This document shows positions 38,077 to 46,930 of a stretch of 64,000 nt of DNA, one piece after another. Source of the stretch: a virus. Its lineage: Duplodnaviria > Heunggongvirae > Uroviricota > Caudoviricetes. The notes under the pieces were generated by a model that had not been told where the DNA came from, made no database searches, and saw nothing but the letters and a program-made list of their open reading frames with translations. Position numbers and translations under genes: made by a program. The stretch is from the IMG/VR virus record IMGVR_UViG_2541047850_000005, positions 1 through 64,000 of that record; one strand, written 5' to 3'. The first letter of the stretch is position 1. Each line of letters starts with the position of its first letter.

Positions 38077-39982
38077 AGCTGCGCCCCTCTTTAACTTCCA
38101 GCGTAATAGTTTCCCGGAACCATGACTTCATCTCTTTATGGGAGATAATCAGCACAGTACCTCGCTCGCGAGCTTTGGACTCCAGAATACCCATGAGGCG
38201 TTCAAGACCGGCTGTATCGAGTGCATCGTCAATTTCGTCGCCGATAAACAAATCGATGTTTTTACTCGCCCGGTTACTAACCAGATCCTGCAATGCCAAA
38301 GAACACGCAATGCGAACCTTCCGCTTCTCACCACCAGAGAGGGTCTGGAACGACTTACTTGAACCTTTCTTCTGCACACTAATGTTGAATTTGTCGCGAT
38401 ACTCACCTTTTTTGGTGACATCCATCGTCGACCACTCAGCAGTAATATTCCCGTCAGACAACGTATTGAGATACTCGGCAGTGCGTGTATTCAGGAAAGG
38501 CGTAACAGACGTCAAAATATGAGAACGCACCCCGGCAGGAGAGTAGACCTGACGAGCTTTTTCCAATAGCAACGTTTGTTCCTGAATAGCCTTCAACTCA
38601 TCTTTTAAGGACTTGAAGGTAGACTTACTGGATACCAGGTTATCTTCGTGTCTGGCGATAAGAGCAATAAACGGATTAATCTCTTTTGATATACGATCGA
38701 CCTCAGTACGAGCACGAGTCACAAGAGACTCAATAGCAACAACCTCCTTCTCACGATGACGCAAAGATGAGAGTTGTTTCGTAAGCTCTTCAATCCGGGC
38801 AATGATAGCCGTTACATCAGGTGTCGTTTTAACAAGGGCAGACTCAATGCTTAACGCTTTCTCAAGATTCGTTTTGTGTTTAGCCATTGCCTCTGCAAGT
38901 GTCTTCGCCTGACCAATTTCCTGACGTGCTTGTTCAATGAAATTCTCCTTCACCGTTGATAGATCTTCTTCGCAGTAGGCTTTGCCACAAGTAGGGCATG
39001 GTGATCCCACTTTAGTACCAACCTCTTCTGCTTTGGTCTTAAAATTACGCGCGCGGCTCATTGCATCAGCCTGACTATTTTCTGTAGCTTTGATGCTTGC
39101 CCGAATATCAGTTATCGCACCACGAACTTTGAGCAACTTGGCGTCATGTTCTTCTTTTGAGGCTAACTTTTTGCGCTCACTTTCGATTGCCTTCTCGGTA
39201 TCACGGATCTGTTCGGGAAGAGTGCGGATCTCAAGTTCAACTTCCGTTAACTCAACTTCGGCACTGGCCAGCCCAGCCAGGGCATCGTCATAACGTTTAG
39301 AACGCTCTTGCTCCCATGATTCAGAGGAGGCTTTCGCTGACTCAATTTCTGACTGTGTTGCCTCAATGGTCGAGATTGTCGACTCCAATTTGGTTTTAAC
39401 CACATCCATACGTGCGGCAGCTGCATTAGCTCGCTCACGAGCAATAGCGTAGGCGCGTGTCAGTCTGTCAACGCCAGCGGCTTCTTCTACGATGGTTTTG
39501 AGGTTTTTGTCGGACATTCCAGGTAAATCTGGCATAGCTTCTTGGCTCGCATAGATGGAAGCCATGAAAACCTCTTTAGATGCACCGATCAGACGCTCGA
39601 CGAACTCTTGCGTCAGCGCATCTTTGCCTTTCGTCATATCGCCGTCTTCACCACGAACGATAAGCCGATTTTTGAACTCTTTGTGTTTACGGTGACGAAT
39701 GATCGCATATCTCTTGCCTTCATCCTCGATGGTTACTGCAACACGACAGTTCTTTTCATGGTCGGTAGACAACACATCGTCACCCTTCACACCATGAGCT
39801 GTTTCGCCATAAAGACACCACATCAGGCTATTCATTAGCGTTGACTTTCCAGAGCCATTACTTGATGCGGAACTATCATCACTATTAACACCCTGAATGA
39901 GCACTAAACCACGCTGATCTAACTCGACCTCCGCGCTGGCGATAGCCATAAAATTCTCAACCTGGAGCTTTAAAAACTTCAT
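38066..39982 (-). CDS. sbcC: SbcC/Rad50-like ATPase (T4 gp46-like recombination nuclease subunit)
   Basis: Walker A ..SNGSGKST.., zinc hook CPTCGK in central coiled coil, signature LSGGEK, Walker B LFIGDEIDD, H-loop ISH. Confidence 0.85.
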   Translation of the reverse strand: MKFLKLQVENFMAIASAEVELDQRGLVLIQGVNSDDSSASSNGSGKSTLMNSLMWCLYGETAHGVKGDDVLSTDHEKNCRVAVTIEDEGKRYAIIRHRKHKEFKNRLIVRGEDGDMTKGKDALTQEFVERLIGASKEVFMASIYASQEAMPDLPGMSDKNLKTIVEEAAGVDRLTRAYAIARERANAAAARMDVVKTKLESTISTIEATQSEIESAKASSESWEQERSKRYDDALAGLASAEVELTEVELEIRTLPEQIRDTEKAIESERKKLASKEEHDAKLLKVRGAITDIRASIKATENSQADAMSRARNFKTKAEEVGTKVGSPCPTCGKAYCEEDLSTVKENFIEQARQEIGQAKTLAEAMAKHKTNLEKALSIESALVKTTPDVTAIIARIEELTKQLSSLRHREKEVVAIESLVTRARTEVDRISKEINPFIALIARHEDNLVSSKSTFKSLKDELKAIQEQTLLLEKARQVYSPAGVRSHILTSVTPFLNTRTAEYLNTLSDGNITAEWSTMDVTKKGEYRDKFNISVQKKGSSKSFQTLSGGEKRKVRIACSLALQDLVSNRASKNIDLFIGDEIDDALDTAGLERLMGILESKARERGTVLIISHKEMKSWFRETITLEVKEGRSYVV

Positions 39983-40211
39983 ATAACACCTTTGATACCG
40001 TGTGTTAGCTTTTGACCTTCTTTCAATCTGAACTCCGTATGCGCCGGGAAGGATCTGCGCCTCAATACGCCTTTTCTGGTTAACCTTCCAAGATAAAACG
40101 CTACGGGATTTCCTTGTGGCGGGTAGGGCTTGTGAAACATCACCGTCTGGCCTCGTTCAAGTCTTTTCATCGTGATGGCAAAGTCTCGAAAGCTCCCATA
40201 ACGACTTTGCC

Positions 40212-41297
40212 TCACACAGCCTCCGAACTCTCCGCTTCGGTGAGGATTTCCTGACACAAAATATCCAACTTGCTCAGATCAAATCCGCCGTCAGTATCGT
40301 GGACAATCTTGCAATAAGCAGATACCGACTCTCCCAGGCTATCGATTTTGCTGGTTTCCGTTGTGCTTACTGTCCCTTCCATCATTGATGACTTACGGAT
40401 GAAGTTGCACACGACACCTTTTGCACCCATTGTTTTGAGGATGTTCTGGTACTTAATGCCTTCTTCATCGTTCTCAATTACGGCGCGGAAACGCACGTAG
40501 TTGCCGCGAATTTGGTCATCGGCAACATAATCTTCTAGGTTAATGAATTTAGGCGCACTGGTTTCGTAGTGACTGAAACTGCCGTCCGGGTTTACGATCA
40601 TGTAACCAGCCAGAGATCCAACATCTCCCCAATTTTGATGGGTCAGCGCACCGACACTGATAACTCCAGGAATGACCTCTTTGTGGTTGTGGTAATGCCC
40701 ACTAAGCACGAGACGAAAGCCGATATCCTTTAACTCCTGCGCATCGATACCGACGTCAGGCATTGTTGGAATGGCTTTGTTAATGGATGTATGGATAACA
40801 ACGTCATGATTATCACCTTCTACGCTCTTACGTAATGCTTTCAGATCGCTGATAAGCTCCGCATGATTGTTACGCCAGCTAATCAGGTGGACAGTCACAT
40901 CACCAATTTTTATTGAGTGTGGGCGTTTGCCACATACGATTACCACGCCGATAGAACTCAGCGATGCTGCTGCGTTGGCGCTATATACTGAATCGTTGGT
41001 TTCAAGATCGTGATTACCGGCCAGCATTACTACTGTCAGATCAAGCTCGTTGATAATCCACTTGTACGTTTCAGTTACGTAATGCAAAACAGAAGGGGAC
41101 ACAGTTCCTCGGACGTGAAATGTATCACCGGCAACCAACATGTACTTACAACCGGCCTTCTTCATGGCGATGGCTGCTTCTTTCGTTGCTTCCAACTGTA
41201 TTTCAAGTCTGGAGTTAAGCCCCTCAGCGTTCGTCGTGGAGAACGCATCCCATTTGTGGTAGTGGCAGTCAGAAATGACGCCGTATGGCAAAGTCAT
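40212..41297 (-). CDS. sbcD: SbcD/Mre11-like nuclease (T4 gp47-like)
   Basis: calcineurin-like phosphoesterase motifs (..ISDCHYH.., ..AGDTFH.., ..GNHD..). Confidence 0.85.
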   Translation of the reverse strand: MTLPYGVISDCHYHKWDAFSTTNAEGLNSRLEIQLEATKEAAIAMKKAGCKYMLVAGDTFHVRGTVSPSVLHYVTETYKWIINELDLTVVMLAGNHDLETNDSVYSANAAASLSSIGVVIVCGKRPHSIKIGDVTVHLISWRNNHAELISDLKALRKSVEGDNHDVVIHTSINKAIPTMPDVGIDAQELKDIGFRLVLSGHYHNHKEVIPGVISVGALTHQNWGDVGSLAGYMIVNPDGSFSHYETSAPKFINLEDYVADDQIRGNYVRFRAVIENDEEGIKYQNILKTMGAKGVVCNFIRKSSMMEGTVSTTETSKIDSLGESVSAYCKIVHDTDGGFDLSKLDILCQEILTEAESSEAV

Positions 41298-41551
41298 GTG
41301 TTTTTCCTTTGTGGTTATTTTGATACAAATTTTAAGAGCAATGAGAAGGTAAACAACTATGCATAACGGTATGTTAGGAATGAAACGAGCGTCTTAATAT
41401 ACAAAATTTATAAGTAAGTATATACCTATTTGTTGTGACGCAACTTTGCTTGTCTGTATGACTAAAAATAAGACAGGATCACTGTAGAACGCTATGAGAG
41501 CTATTTTGAGGGGGCGTAGATTCTATCTACGCCAATATACGATCTGGAGGG

Positions 41552-42196
41552 TTACAGCGCGTCAGTGGGCTTTTTACGCGCTGCGTTTATGCTTATGACG
41601 CCAGCTTTTGGACGTGGGTCAACAAGGTTAAGCTCTTCTTCACTGTGGTATTCGAGGTCGAACTCACGTTTTACATGTCTGATGTAGATTGCGGTGAGCA
41701 GGCTATCTTTGGTCAGAAAGTGTCCGTAGGATTTGCGGATCACTTCTTTTACCTTCTCGATTTTCTCACCACCCATACAGAGATGATTAAATCGGCTGTG
41801 TTTCCGCAACATTTCGTCTACTGGGCCTGAGTAAACCTTGTCCACTTTCCCAAAACGGATGATTTTCCCTGTGTCTGCGGATACGAGGCAAATCAGCTTG
41901 TCTGGTGATAAACGATCTCGCCACGTCACACCTGAACGGAGTGTGTTGAAGTAGGGGGCATCCAATCCGATGATCGGTTTACGAAATGCGAGCAATGGAA
42001 CGTACCTGATGCAACTGTTTAAATGAAAATTCACACCAGCCTTATCAAGTTTTATTCTGGTTTCGTAGATCGGGCACTTCGCCGCTATACCGCAGATGTC
42101 ACAAAGCAACTTCTGCTTGTTCAGGTTGGAATTTGATTCGATAGTGTAGGAGCCGTCTTCAAGACGACGAACCCAGCGCGTGCGTTTTAGATCCAT
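41552..42196 (-). CDS. hypothetical protein (214 aa)
   Basis: ORF; divergent from repA origin region. Confidence 0.5.
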   Translation of the reverse strand: MDLKRTRWVRRLEDGSYTIESNSNLNKQKLLCDICGIAAKCPIYETRIKLDKAGVNFHLNSCIRYVPLLAFRKPIIGLDAPYFNTLRSGVTWRDRLSPDKLICLVSADTGKIIRFGKVDKVYSGPVDEMLRKHSRFNHLCMGGEKIEKVKEVIRKSYGHFLTKDSLLTAIYIRHVKREFDLEYHSEEELNLVDPRPKAGVISINAARKKPTDAL

Positions 42197-42282
42197 ATGT
42201 CATTTTTCTGTGATTGTTAGCCGAGGCAACGATAACCCACCAGGTGCGCCGAAGGTAGTAAATGCCTGTTTTAATTATTCAC

Positions 42283-42356
42283 ATATCCACAGGATAGATC
42301 CTAATAAAGAGATCCATAGATAGATCCTTGTATAGATCAAATAAGATCCCCGATCG
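42283..42356. promoter_or_regulatory. origin-like element: DnaA-box-like TATCCACA plus cluster of six GATC (Dam) sites
   Basis: ATATCCACA at ~42283..42291; GATC at ~42297, 42311, 42323, 42335, 42345, 42352 within ~60 bp, immediately upstream of iterons. Confidence 0.5.
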
Positions 42357-42395
42357 CTGTAAGCCGCGCCACGACTGGTCTGAAGCCATGTTCAT

Positions 42396-42497
42396 GTATG
42401 CTGTCAGCGGTAATTGATAGTCTGTCAGCGGTTCACCGTATGCTGCCAACTGTTTTTGGTATTCTGTCAGCGGCAAATCAAGTATGCTGTCAGCGGT
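42396..42497. repeat. iteron cluster upstream of repA (about 4 copies of TATGCTGTCAGCGGT-like 15-mer)
   Basis: direct repeats at ~42398, 42421, 42461, 42483. Confidence 0.8.
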
Positions 42498-42517
42498 TGA
42501 ATGACAAAGGTGTCCAC

Positions 42518-43612
42518 ATGTCCACAAAAAATAAAAAAGGTAAAAATAACAAAGAAGTAGAAGATAACATCGACAACTTTGAAGAAGGTTCCCTTGAATT
42601 GTACACAGGGGAACTTGTCCCTAATAGCAACAATACAGTCCAACCAATTGCGTTGATGCGACTGGGGTTGTTCGTCCCCACGCTTAAGGGAACAAAATAC
42701 AGTAAACGTAACAAGCCAAATGAGATCGATGCTTCAAAGGAGCTTGTCCAGCTCGAAGTAGCCCGTTCTGAAGGCTATTCCGATATCAAGATAACCGGTC
42801 CTCGTCTCGACATGGATCATGATTTCAAAACGTGGGTGGGCGTTGTGCGTTCGCTGGCAGAATACGGCGAACCTAATGGTCGTGTCGAGTTAAGCATCAC
42901 GAAATTTGCGAAGTTTTGTGGCTATCCATCGTCACAGATCCGCAAAACACTCCGCGACCGGCTTACAAACAGTCTTTTGAAGATCATGCGTACAACTCTG
43001 TCTTTCCAGAGAACGTATGAAGAAAAGAACGTCGACGGCTCTAACAAGATCTCGCTTCTGATGGTGCACCTCATCAATAGCGTGGACTACAACGAGCAGA
43101 AAGATACGGTGGTGTTCTATGCAGAACCGAAGCTGGCCGAACTATATCGCTTTGACCATAAGGTTCTTTTGCAGTTAAAGGTTATCAATAAGCTACCACG
43201 CAAAGAAACAGCACAGGCTCTGTACACCTTCATCGAAAGTCTTCCAACCAAGCCTGCGCCGGTATCGCTTGCTCGATTGCGTGCGCGACTCAATTTGAGT
43301 AGCAGGAATGTCAGCTCGCAGAATCAGACTATACGTAACGGCTTAAAAGCTCTCCAAGATTTGGGCTATCTCGAATACAGCGAGATTAAGCGTGGGCGGT
43401 CGATCTATATCCAGATTCACAGCCGCAATCCAAAACTCAAAGTCGCACCGCCAAAACCTGAAGACATCGAACCCAAAAAACCAGATGAGAAAGCTGGGGA
43501 AATTGATGCCAAACAGAACATTATCAACAAGATAACCGAACTTTCGCAGAATTTGACGCCTGAAAATATCAAGATGATTGAGATCCTTTCCAATAGTCTC
43601 AAACTGCTTTGA
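42518..43612 (+). CDS. repA: iteron-type plasmid replication initiator (RepA/RepE-like)
   Basis: 364-aa basic protein flanked on both sides by iteron arrays; start set at ATG MSTKNKKGK (track ORF runs through the upstream iterons). Confidence 0.7.
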   Translation: MSTKNKKGKNNKEVEDNIDNFEEGSLELYTGELVPNSNNTVQPIALMRLGLFVPTLKGTKYSKRNKPNEIDASKELVQLEVARSEGYSDIKITGPRLDMDHDFKTWVGVVRSLAEYGEPNGRVELSITKFAKFCGYPSSQIRKTLRDRLTNSLLKIMRTTLSFQRTYEEKNVDGSNKISLLMVHLINSVDYNEQKDTVVFYAEPKLAELYRFDHKVLLQLKVINKLPRKETAQALYTFIESLPTKPAPVSLARLRARLNLSSRNVSSQNQTIRNGLKALQDLGYLEYSEIKRGRSIYIQIHSRNPKLKVAPPKPEDIEPKKPDEKAGEIDAKQNIINKITELSQNLTPENIKMIEILSNSLKLL

Positions 43613-44143
43613 TATGCTGTCAGCGGTGAAATGTATGCTATCAGCGGCTATTTTTCTGAAAAGTATGCTGTGAACGGTTAAAGATATGCTACCAGCGGTA
43701 TAGTGAGATAAACGTATGCTGTGAGCGGTAAATCATCTATCACCACTCAATGCTCTTTTATACCTCCCCAGTGGTTACTAACCTCGAAGAGTGCATTCCA
43801 TATAGGTTTGCGCTCACTAACATTCTATTCCCATTGCGCTGATTACTTGTAGTGAAAGGTATTTATTGCCTGCTGCTCCCTGATAGAACGTATGCTGTCA
43901 GCGGTGTTTTATTGAGGAATTTTTGTTTGGATATGCTATCAGCGGTAATTAATGGCATATGTCAGACCTTCGTATGCTGCCAGCGGTAATTTTGTTCTGG
44001 TTATACCCATACCGGTACACATTATTCATGCAATGTCTTAAGTATGCTGTCAGCGGTAAAAAATCGAGTAAAGTATGCTGTGAGCGGTGAGATAGACTCT
44101 CGATATGCTATCAGCGGCAGTTGATTGTGTATGCTGTCAGCGG
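43613..44143. repeat. iteron array downstream of repA (about 12 copies, incA-like copy-control locus)
   Basis: TATGCT(G/A)(T/C)(C/G)A(G/A)CGG(T/C) repeats at ~43613, 43634, 43663, 43684, 43715, 43891, 43932, 43973, 44043, 44073, 44104, 44129. Confidence 0.85.
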
Positions 44144-44191
44144 TGACGACTATGAAATATGACTGCGGAACGTGCCGCAGTCAGTTTGCAT

Positions 44192-44404
44192 TTAGTGTAT
44201 TTTCTTCAACAGACCCCAAAGTGTTCCGGCTTTTGTAGTCAGTTTTCCTGTTTCTGGATCGTACATACGCCATTCACGCCGCTGGTGGACGATATACCCA
44301 TCTTCACGTTCCAGACGCTCAAGAATGCCAGGCTGCTTGAAACCCTTAGCACGCCAGTATCCGCTTGTTTTCTCGATTTCCAGACCTGCCAGTGTTAATG
44401 CCAT
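44192..44404 (-). CDS. hypothetical basic protein (70 aa)
   Basis: ATG overlapping stop of upstream gene (TAATG). Confidence 0.4.
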   Translation of the reverse strand: MALTLAGLEIEKTSGYWRAKGFKQPGILERLEREDGYIVHQRREWRMYDPETGKLTTKAGTLWGLLKKIH

Positions 44405-44739
44405 TATCCAACCTCCTTGCAGTCATCGAAAAGGTAGCTTTGCTGAGAAGCGTGAACGCCATAGAAGCCCTTGTATTTGTTGTATACGAAGTGGTCTTCT
44501 CCGACGCCGGTTAATTTGCCATTACGGTTTGTGAGATATGGGGATGACAATACTCGATCGTCACGCACAACATAGAACTGGTCGCCGCTGTCTACGACCA
44601 TCGCTCCATATGGTGCTTTTATGACGTCGGTAAGAGCGCCATTCTTAACGTCGGCTACAGACATTTCACACTGATAAACAGTGGTGTCGGTCACAACGAT
44701 CGAGGAAAGGAACAACAGAGCGAATGGGATGGCCTTCAT
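44404..44739 (-). CDS. hypothetical secreted protein (111 aa, signal peptide)
   Basis: N-terminal MKAIPFALLFLSSIVVT hydrophobic signal; AAGAGG RBS. Confidence 0.5.
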   Translation of the reverse strand: MKAIPFALLFLSSIVVTDTTVYQCEMSVADVKNGALTDVIKAPYGAMVVDSGDQFYVVRDDRVLSSPYLTNRNGKLTGVGEDHFVYNKYKGFYGVHASQQSYLFDDCKEVG

Positions 44740-44954
44740 GCTGCCACCTCTTTGATTACATCAAATGCTGAATTAAATACGAGCACGATAGCCAAAGCGT
44801 TTATGACTACGTCGTTCACCGGGGAAAAGACTTTACGAATGACACCGGTGAAAATGCAGTCGATGACAAAAGCTATTGAAACGATGAGTAACAAGTATTC
44901 AATAAAAATCTTAATGATAGGTAGATACTAACTTATATAAATTTTACTGTAAAC

Positions 44955-45230
44955 TCACTCAAAAGTGCTGATGCTTAAAATACGCTCAAGATGTGCGGCA
45001 TCTTCATCACTGATTTGTTGAGTCTCTTCTACGTACCAACAGTTGCCGTTATGCCAACAAACACCATCATCATCAACCATCACTGAATCAGCGTCATGAC
45101 CTGTATATTCAACGAGAATACGCTGGATCAGCGCGTCAGTTTCTTCGTCGTTAAGACCATCGGCTTTGACCATAAAAAGCGGAAACACGTCATAGACAGT
45201 GCTGGTAACGATTCGAACTAAAACTCTCAT
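44955..45230 (-). CDS. hypothetical acidic protein (91 aa)
   Basis: ATG with GGAAAAACAC leader. Confidence 0.45.
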   Translation of the reverse strand: MRVLVRIVTSTVYDVFPLFMVKADGLNDEETDALIQRILVEYTGHDADSVMVDDDGVCWHNGNCWYVEETQQISDEDAAHLERILSISTFE

Positions 45231-45285
45231 GTGTTTTTCCTTTTGTGGTTAGTGTTTACTTATTTTGTTAGTTATGAATAGGCGA

Positions 45286-45711
45286 TCAATCTTCTTGTTT
45301 AGGGAAAAACTGTTCAATAACTCTGTCAACGGCTGTGTCTATATGGAGTAGATGCCACACAACCATATCTTTGCTTCCCATGCCTTGTGTGAATATCACG
45401 TCATACTTACGCCATGCGCAGTGGAACCAATATGCTGAGTCATCAATTGGTAAATCCTCTCCCGCCTCTTTGAAGTATTTCAGCAGCATTGCCTGCTCTG
45501 CCGTTGGCGTTGGGCCTATTTCCTGAGCGTACATACGGATGAATCGCTGCCAGTCTGTCTCGTCGGGGGTTGGATCTGGTGGGGTCATTTCTGAGATAGC
45601 GTTTCGTAGCTGATGCGCCCAATCAGGTTCAGGAAAGCCTTTTGCTACTTCATCATCAATAACATCCAGAGCCACGTTTGCGGCATCGTAGAGTTTCTTA
45701 ATAGCTGTCAT
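45286..45711 (-). CDS. hypothetical protein (141 aa)
   Basis: ATG with conserved motif upstream. Confidence 0.5.
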   Translation of the reverse strand: MTAIKKLYDAANVALDVIDDEVAKGFPEPDWAHQLRNAISEMTPPDPTPDETDWQRFIRMYAQEIGPTPTAEQAMLLKYFKEAGEDLPIDDSAYWFHCAWRKYDVIFTQGMGSKDMVVWHLLHIDTAVDRVIEQFFPKQED

Positions 45712-45803
45712 GTTTTCTTATCCTTTTAAACAAATTGTTTTCTTAATAAGATAATTGCGATAAAAAAGGCGTCCAACTGGACGCCTGATCTTCTCAAAGA
45801 GAG

Positions 45804-46634
45804 TTATTTCACTGTAATGAAAGGAGTGTTAGCCCCTTGAGTCATGTACTGCGGTAACTGGCCATTCCATTTATTGATGGCTTCCAGCTCCATAACGTTC
45901 GGGTTTTGACGCAGAGCTTCACCGCGCAGACGAATGGCGTCTGCTTCTGCTTGCGCACGAGCACGGATAGCATCAGCTTCACCATTAGCCTGTTCACGTA
46001 GCATATTCGCCTCAGCTTTACGTTGTTCAACTTCCTGCTGACGTTGCAGAGTACGCTGGTTAGCCGTTACTTTGGCGTTGATAGATTCAATGACGGTTTT
46101 TGGGTAATCAGGCTTTCCAACCCATGACAGGCTCAGTACCTCAATACCAACCGGAGACATCTCTTTCTGAATATCTTTCAGTGCGTTGTCCAGCAATTGT
46201 GCCTTACCACCGTCGATAAATGAGTCAGTGGTCATACGGCTGGCCAAACGGTTTAGAGAGTCGGCAATTTTCTGACGCAGATCTGATTCGGTGATATCGT
46301 CTACGCCTTTGCGATAGGTCTGGAACACCGTCGTTACCTTGTCACGATTAACCAGATACGCAACGCCAATTTTGTGACCAATAGCAGTACCGTCACTCAT
46401 CTGGAATGTGAACGGCTCGTCGTAGGTCTTCATTTGTTTGAAGGTCGGGAATACGTAAAGTTCGGTGTTAAGACCTGTCCATTGGCGACCAACGCCAACT
46501 ACTTCACCAATCCCTTTGTCTTCACCTAATTTGTTTACTTTGATGCCAACGTATCCAGGCTCCACGCGATCACAGCCAGTAAGACCCATTGTGCAAACAG
46601 CGGCCACGATCACTGCCAGTAAACCTTTCTTCAT
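45804..46634 (-). CDS. SPFH/band-7 (prohibitin/HflC-like) lipoprotein
   Basis: lipobox signal MKKGLLAVIVAAVCTMGLTGC, SPFH-like core followed by A/E/R/Q-rich coiled coil. Confidence 0.7.
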   Translation of the reverse strand: MKKGLLAVIVAAVCTMGLTGCDRVEPGYVGIKVNKLGEDKGIGEVVGVGRQWTGLNTELYVFPTFKQMKTYDEPFTFQMSDGTAIGHKIGVAYLVNRDKVTTVFQTYRKGVDDITESDLRQKIADSLNRLASRMTTDSFIDGGKAQLLDNALKDIQKEMSPVGIEVLSLSWVGKPDYPKTVIESINAKVTANQRTLQRQQEVEQRKAEANMLREQANGEADAIRARAQAEADAIRLRGEALRQNPNVMELEAINKWNGQLPQYMTQGANTPFITVK

Positions 46635-46637
46635 TAC

Positions 46638-46838
46638 TTACTTCTCCTTCGAATTGATGAGTGACTTTAGAAACTTACGACCTGCAATAAACCCGATCAC
46701 AGGAGCGCCAAAAGCAACGATGATTCCAAGCATTACGGCAATGTCGCTTTTAGTAGAGATCAGCGACGGAACCAGCAAACAGTAGATGAAAACTACAGAT
46801 AGACCTGTAACTACTGCCATAAGATAGAGTTTGATCAT
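46638..46838 (-). CDS. small two-TM membrane protein (66 aa), partner of SPFH gene
   Basis: two hydrophobic segments; stop 3 nt before SPFH start (coupled). Confidence 0.5.
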   Translation of the reverse strand: MIKLYLMAVVTGLSVVFIYCLLVPSLISTKSDIAVMLGIIVAFGAPVIGFIAGRKFLKSLINSKEK

Positions 46839-46930
46839 GTGTTTTCCTATGTGGTTGTTATGCGAAAATAATAAGTAAGTGCTTATGTATTTTCAAGAGA
46901 TAAAAAAGGCGTCCTGTGGACGCCTTGTGT

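Noticed and set aside
39979-40257. 92-aa ORF between sbcC-like and sbcD-like genes
   Set aside because: Overlaps the 3' end of the sbcD-like gene; the only plausible internal ATG lacks a Shine-Dalgarno; Arg/Gly-rich composition. Left unannotated; could be an intergenic regulatory region.
42396-44143. Possible CRISPR array (many copies of a short direct repeat)
   Set aside because: Repeat unit is only ~15 bp, spacing is irregular (21-170 bp), copies are degenerate and flank a RepA-type initiator; this is an iteron array, not CRISPR. No cas genes in the window.
44795-44935. 46-aa plus-strand ORF in the gap between 44404..44739 and 44955..45230
   Set aside because: Opposite strand to all neighbours, no clear RBS, multiple internal Met codons in an A-rich region; likely non-coding.
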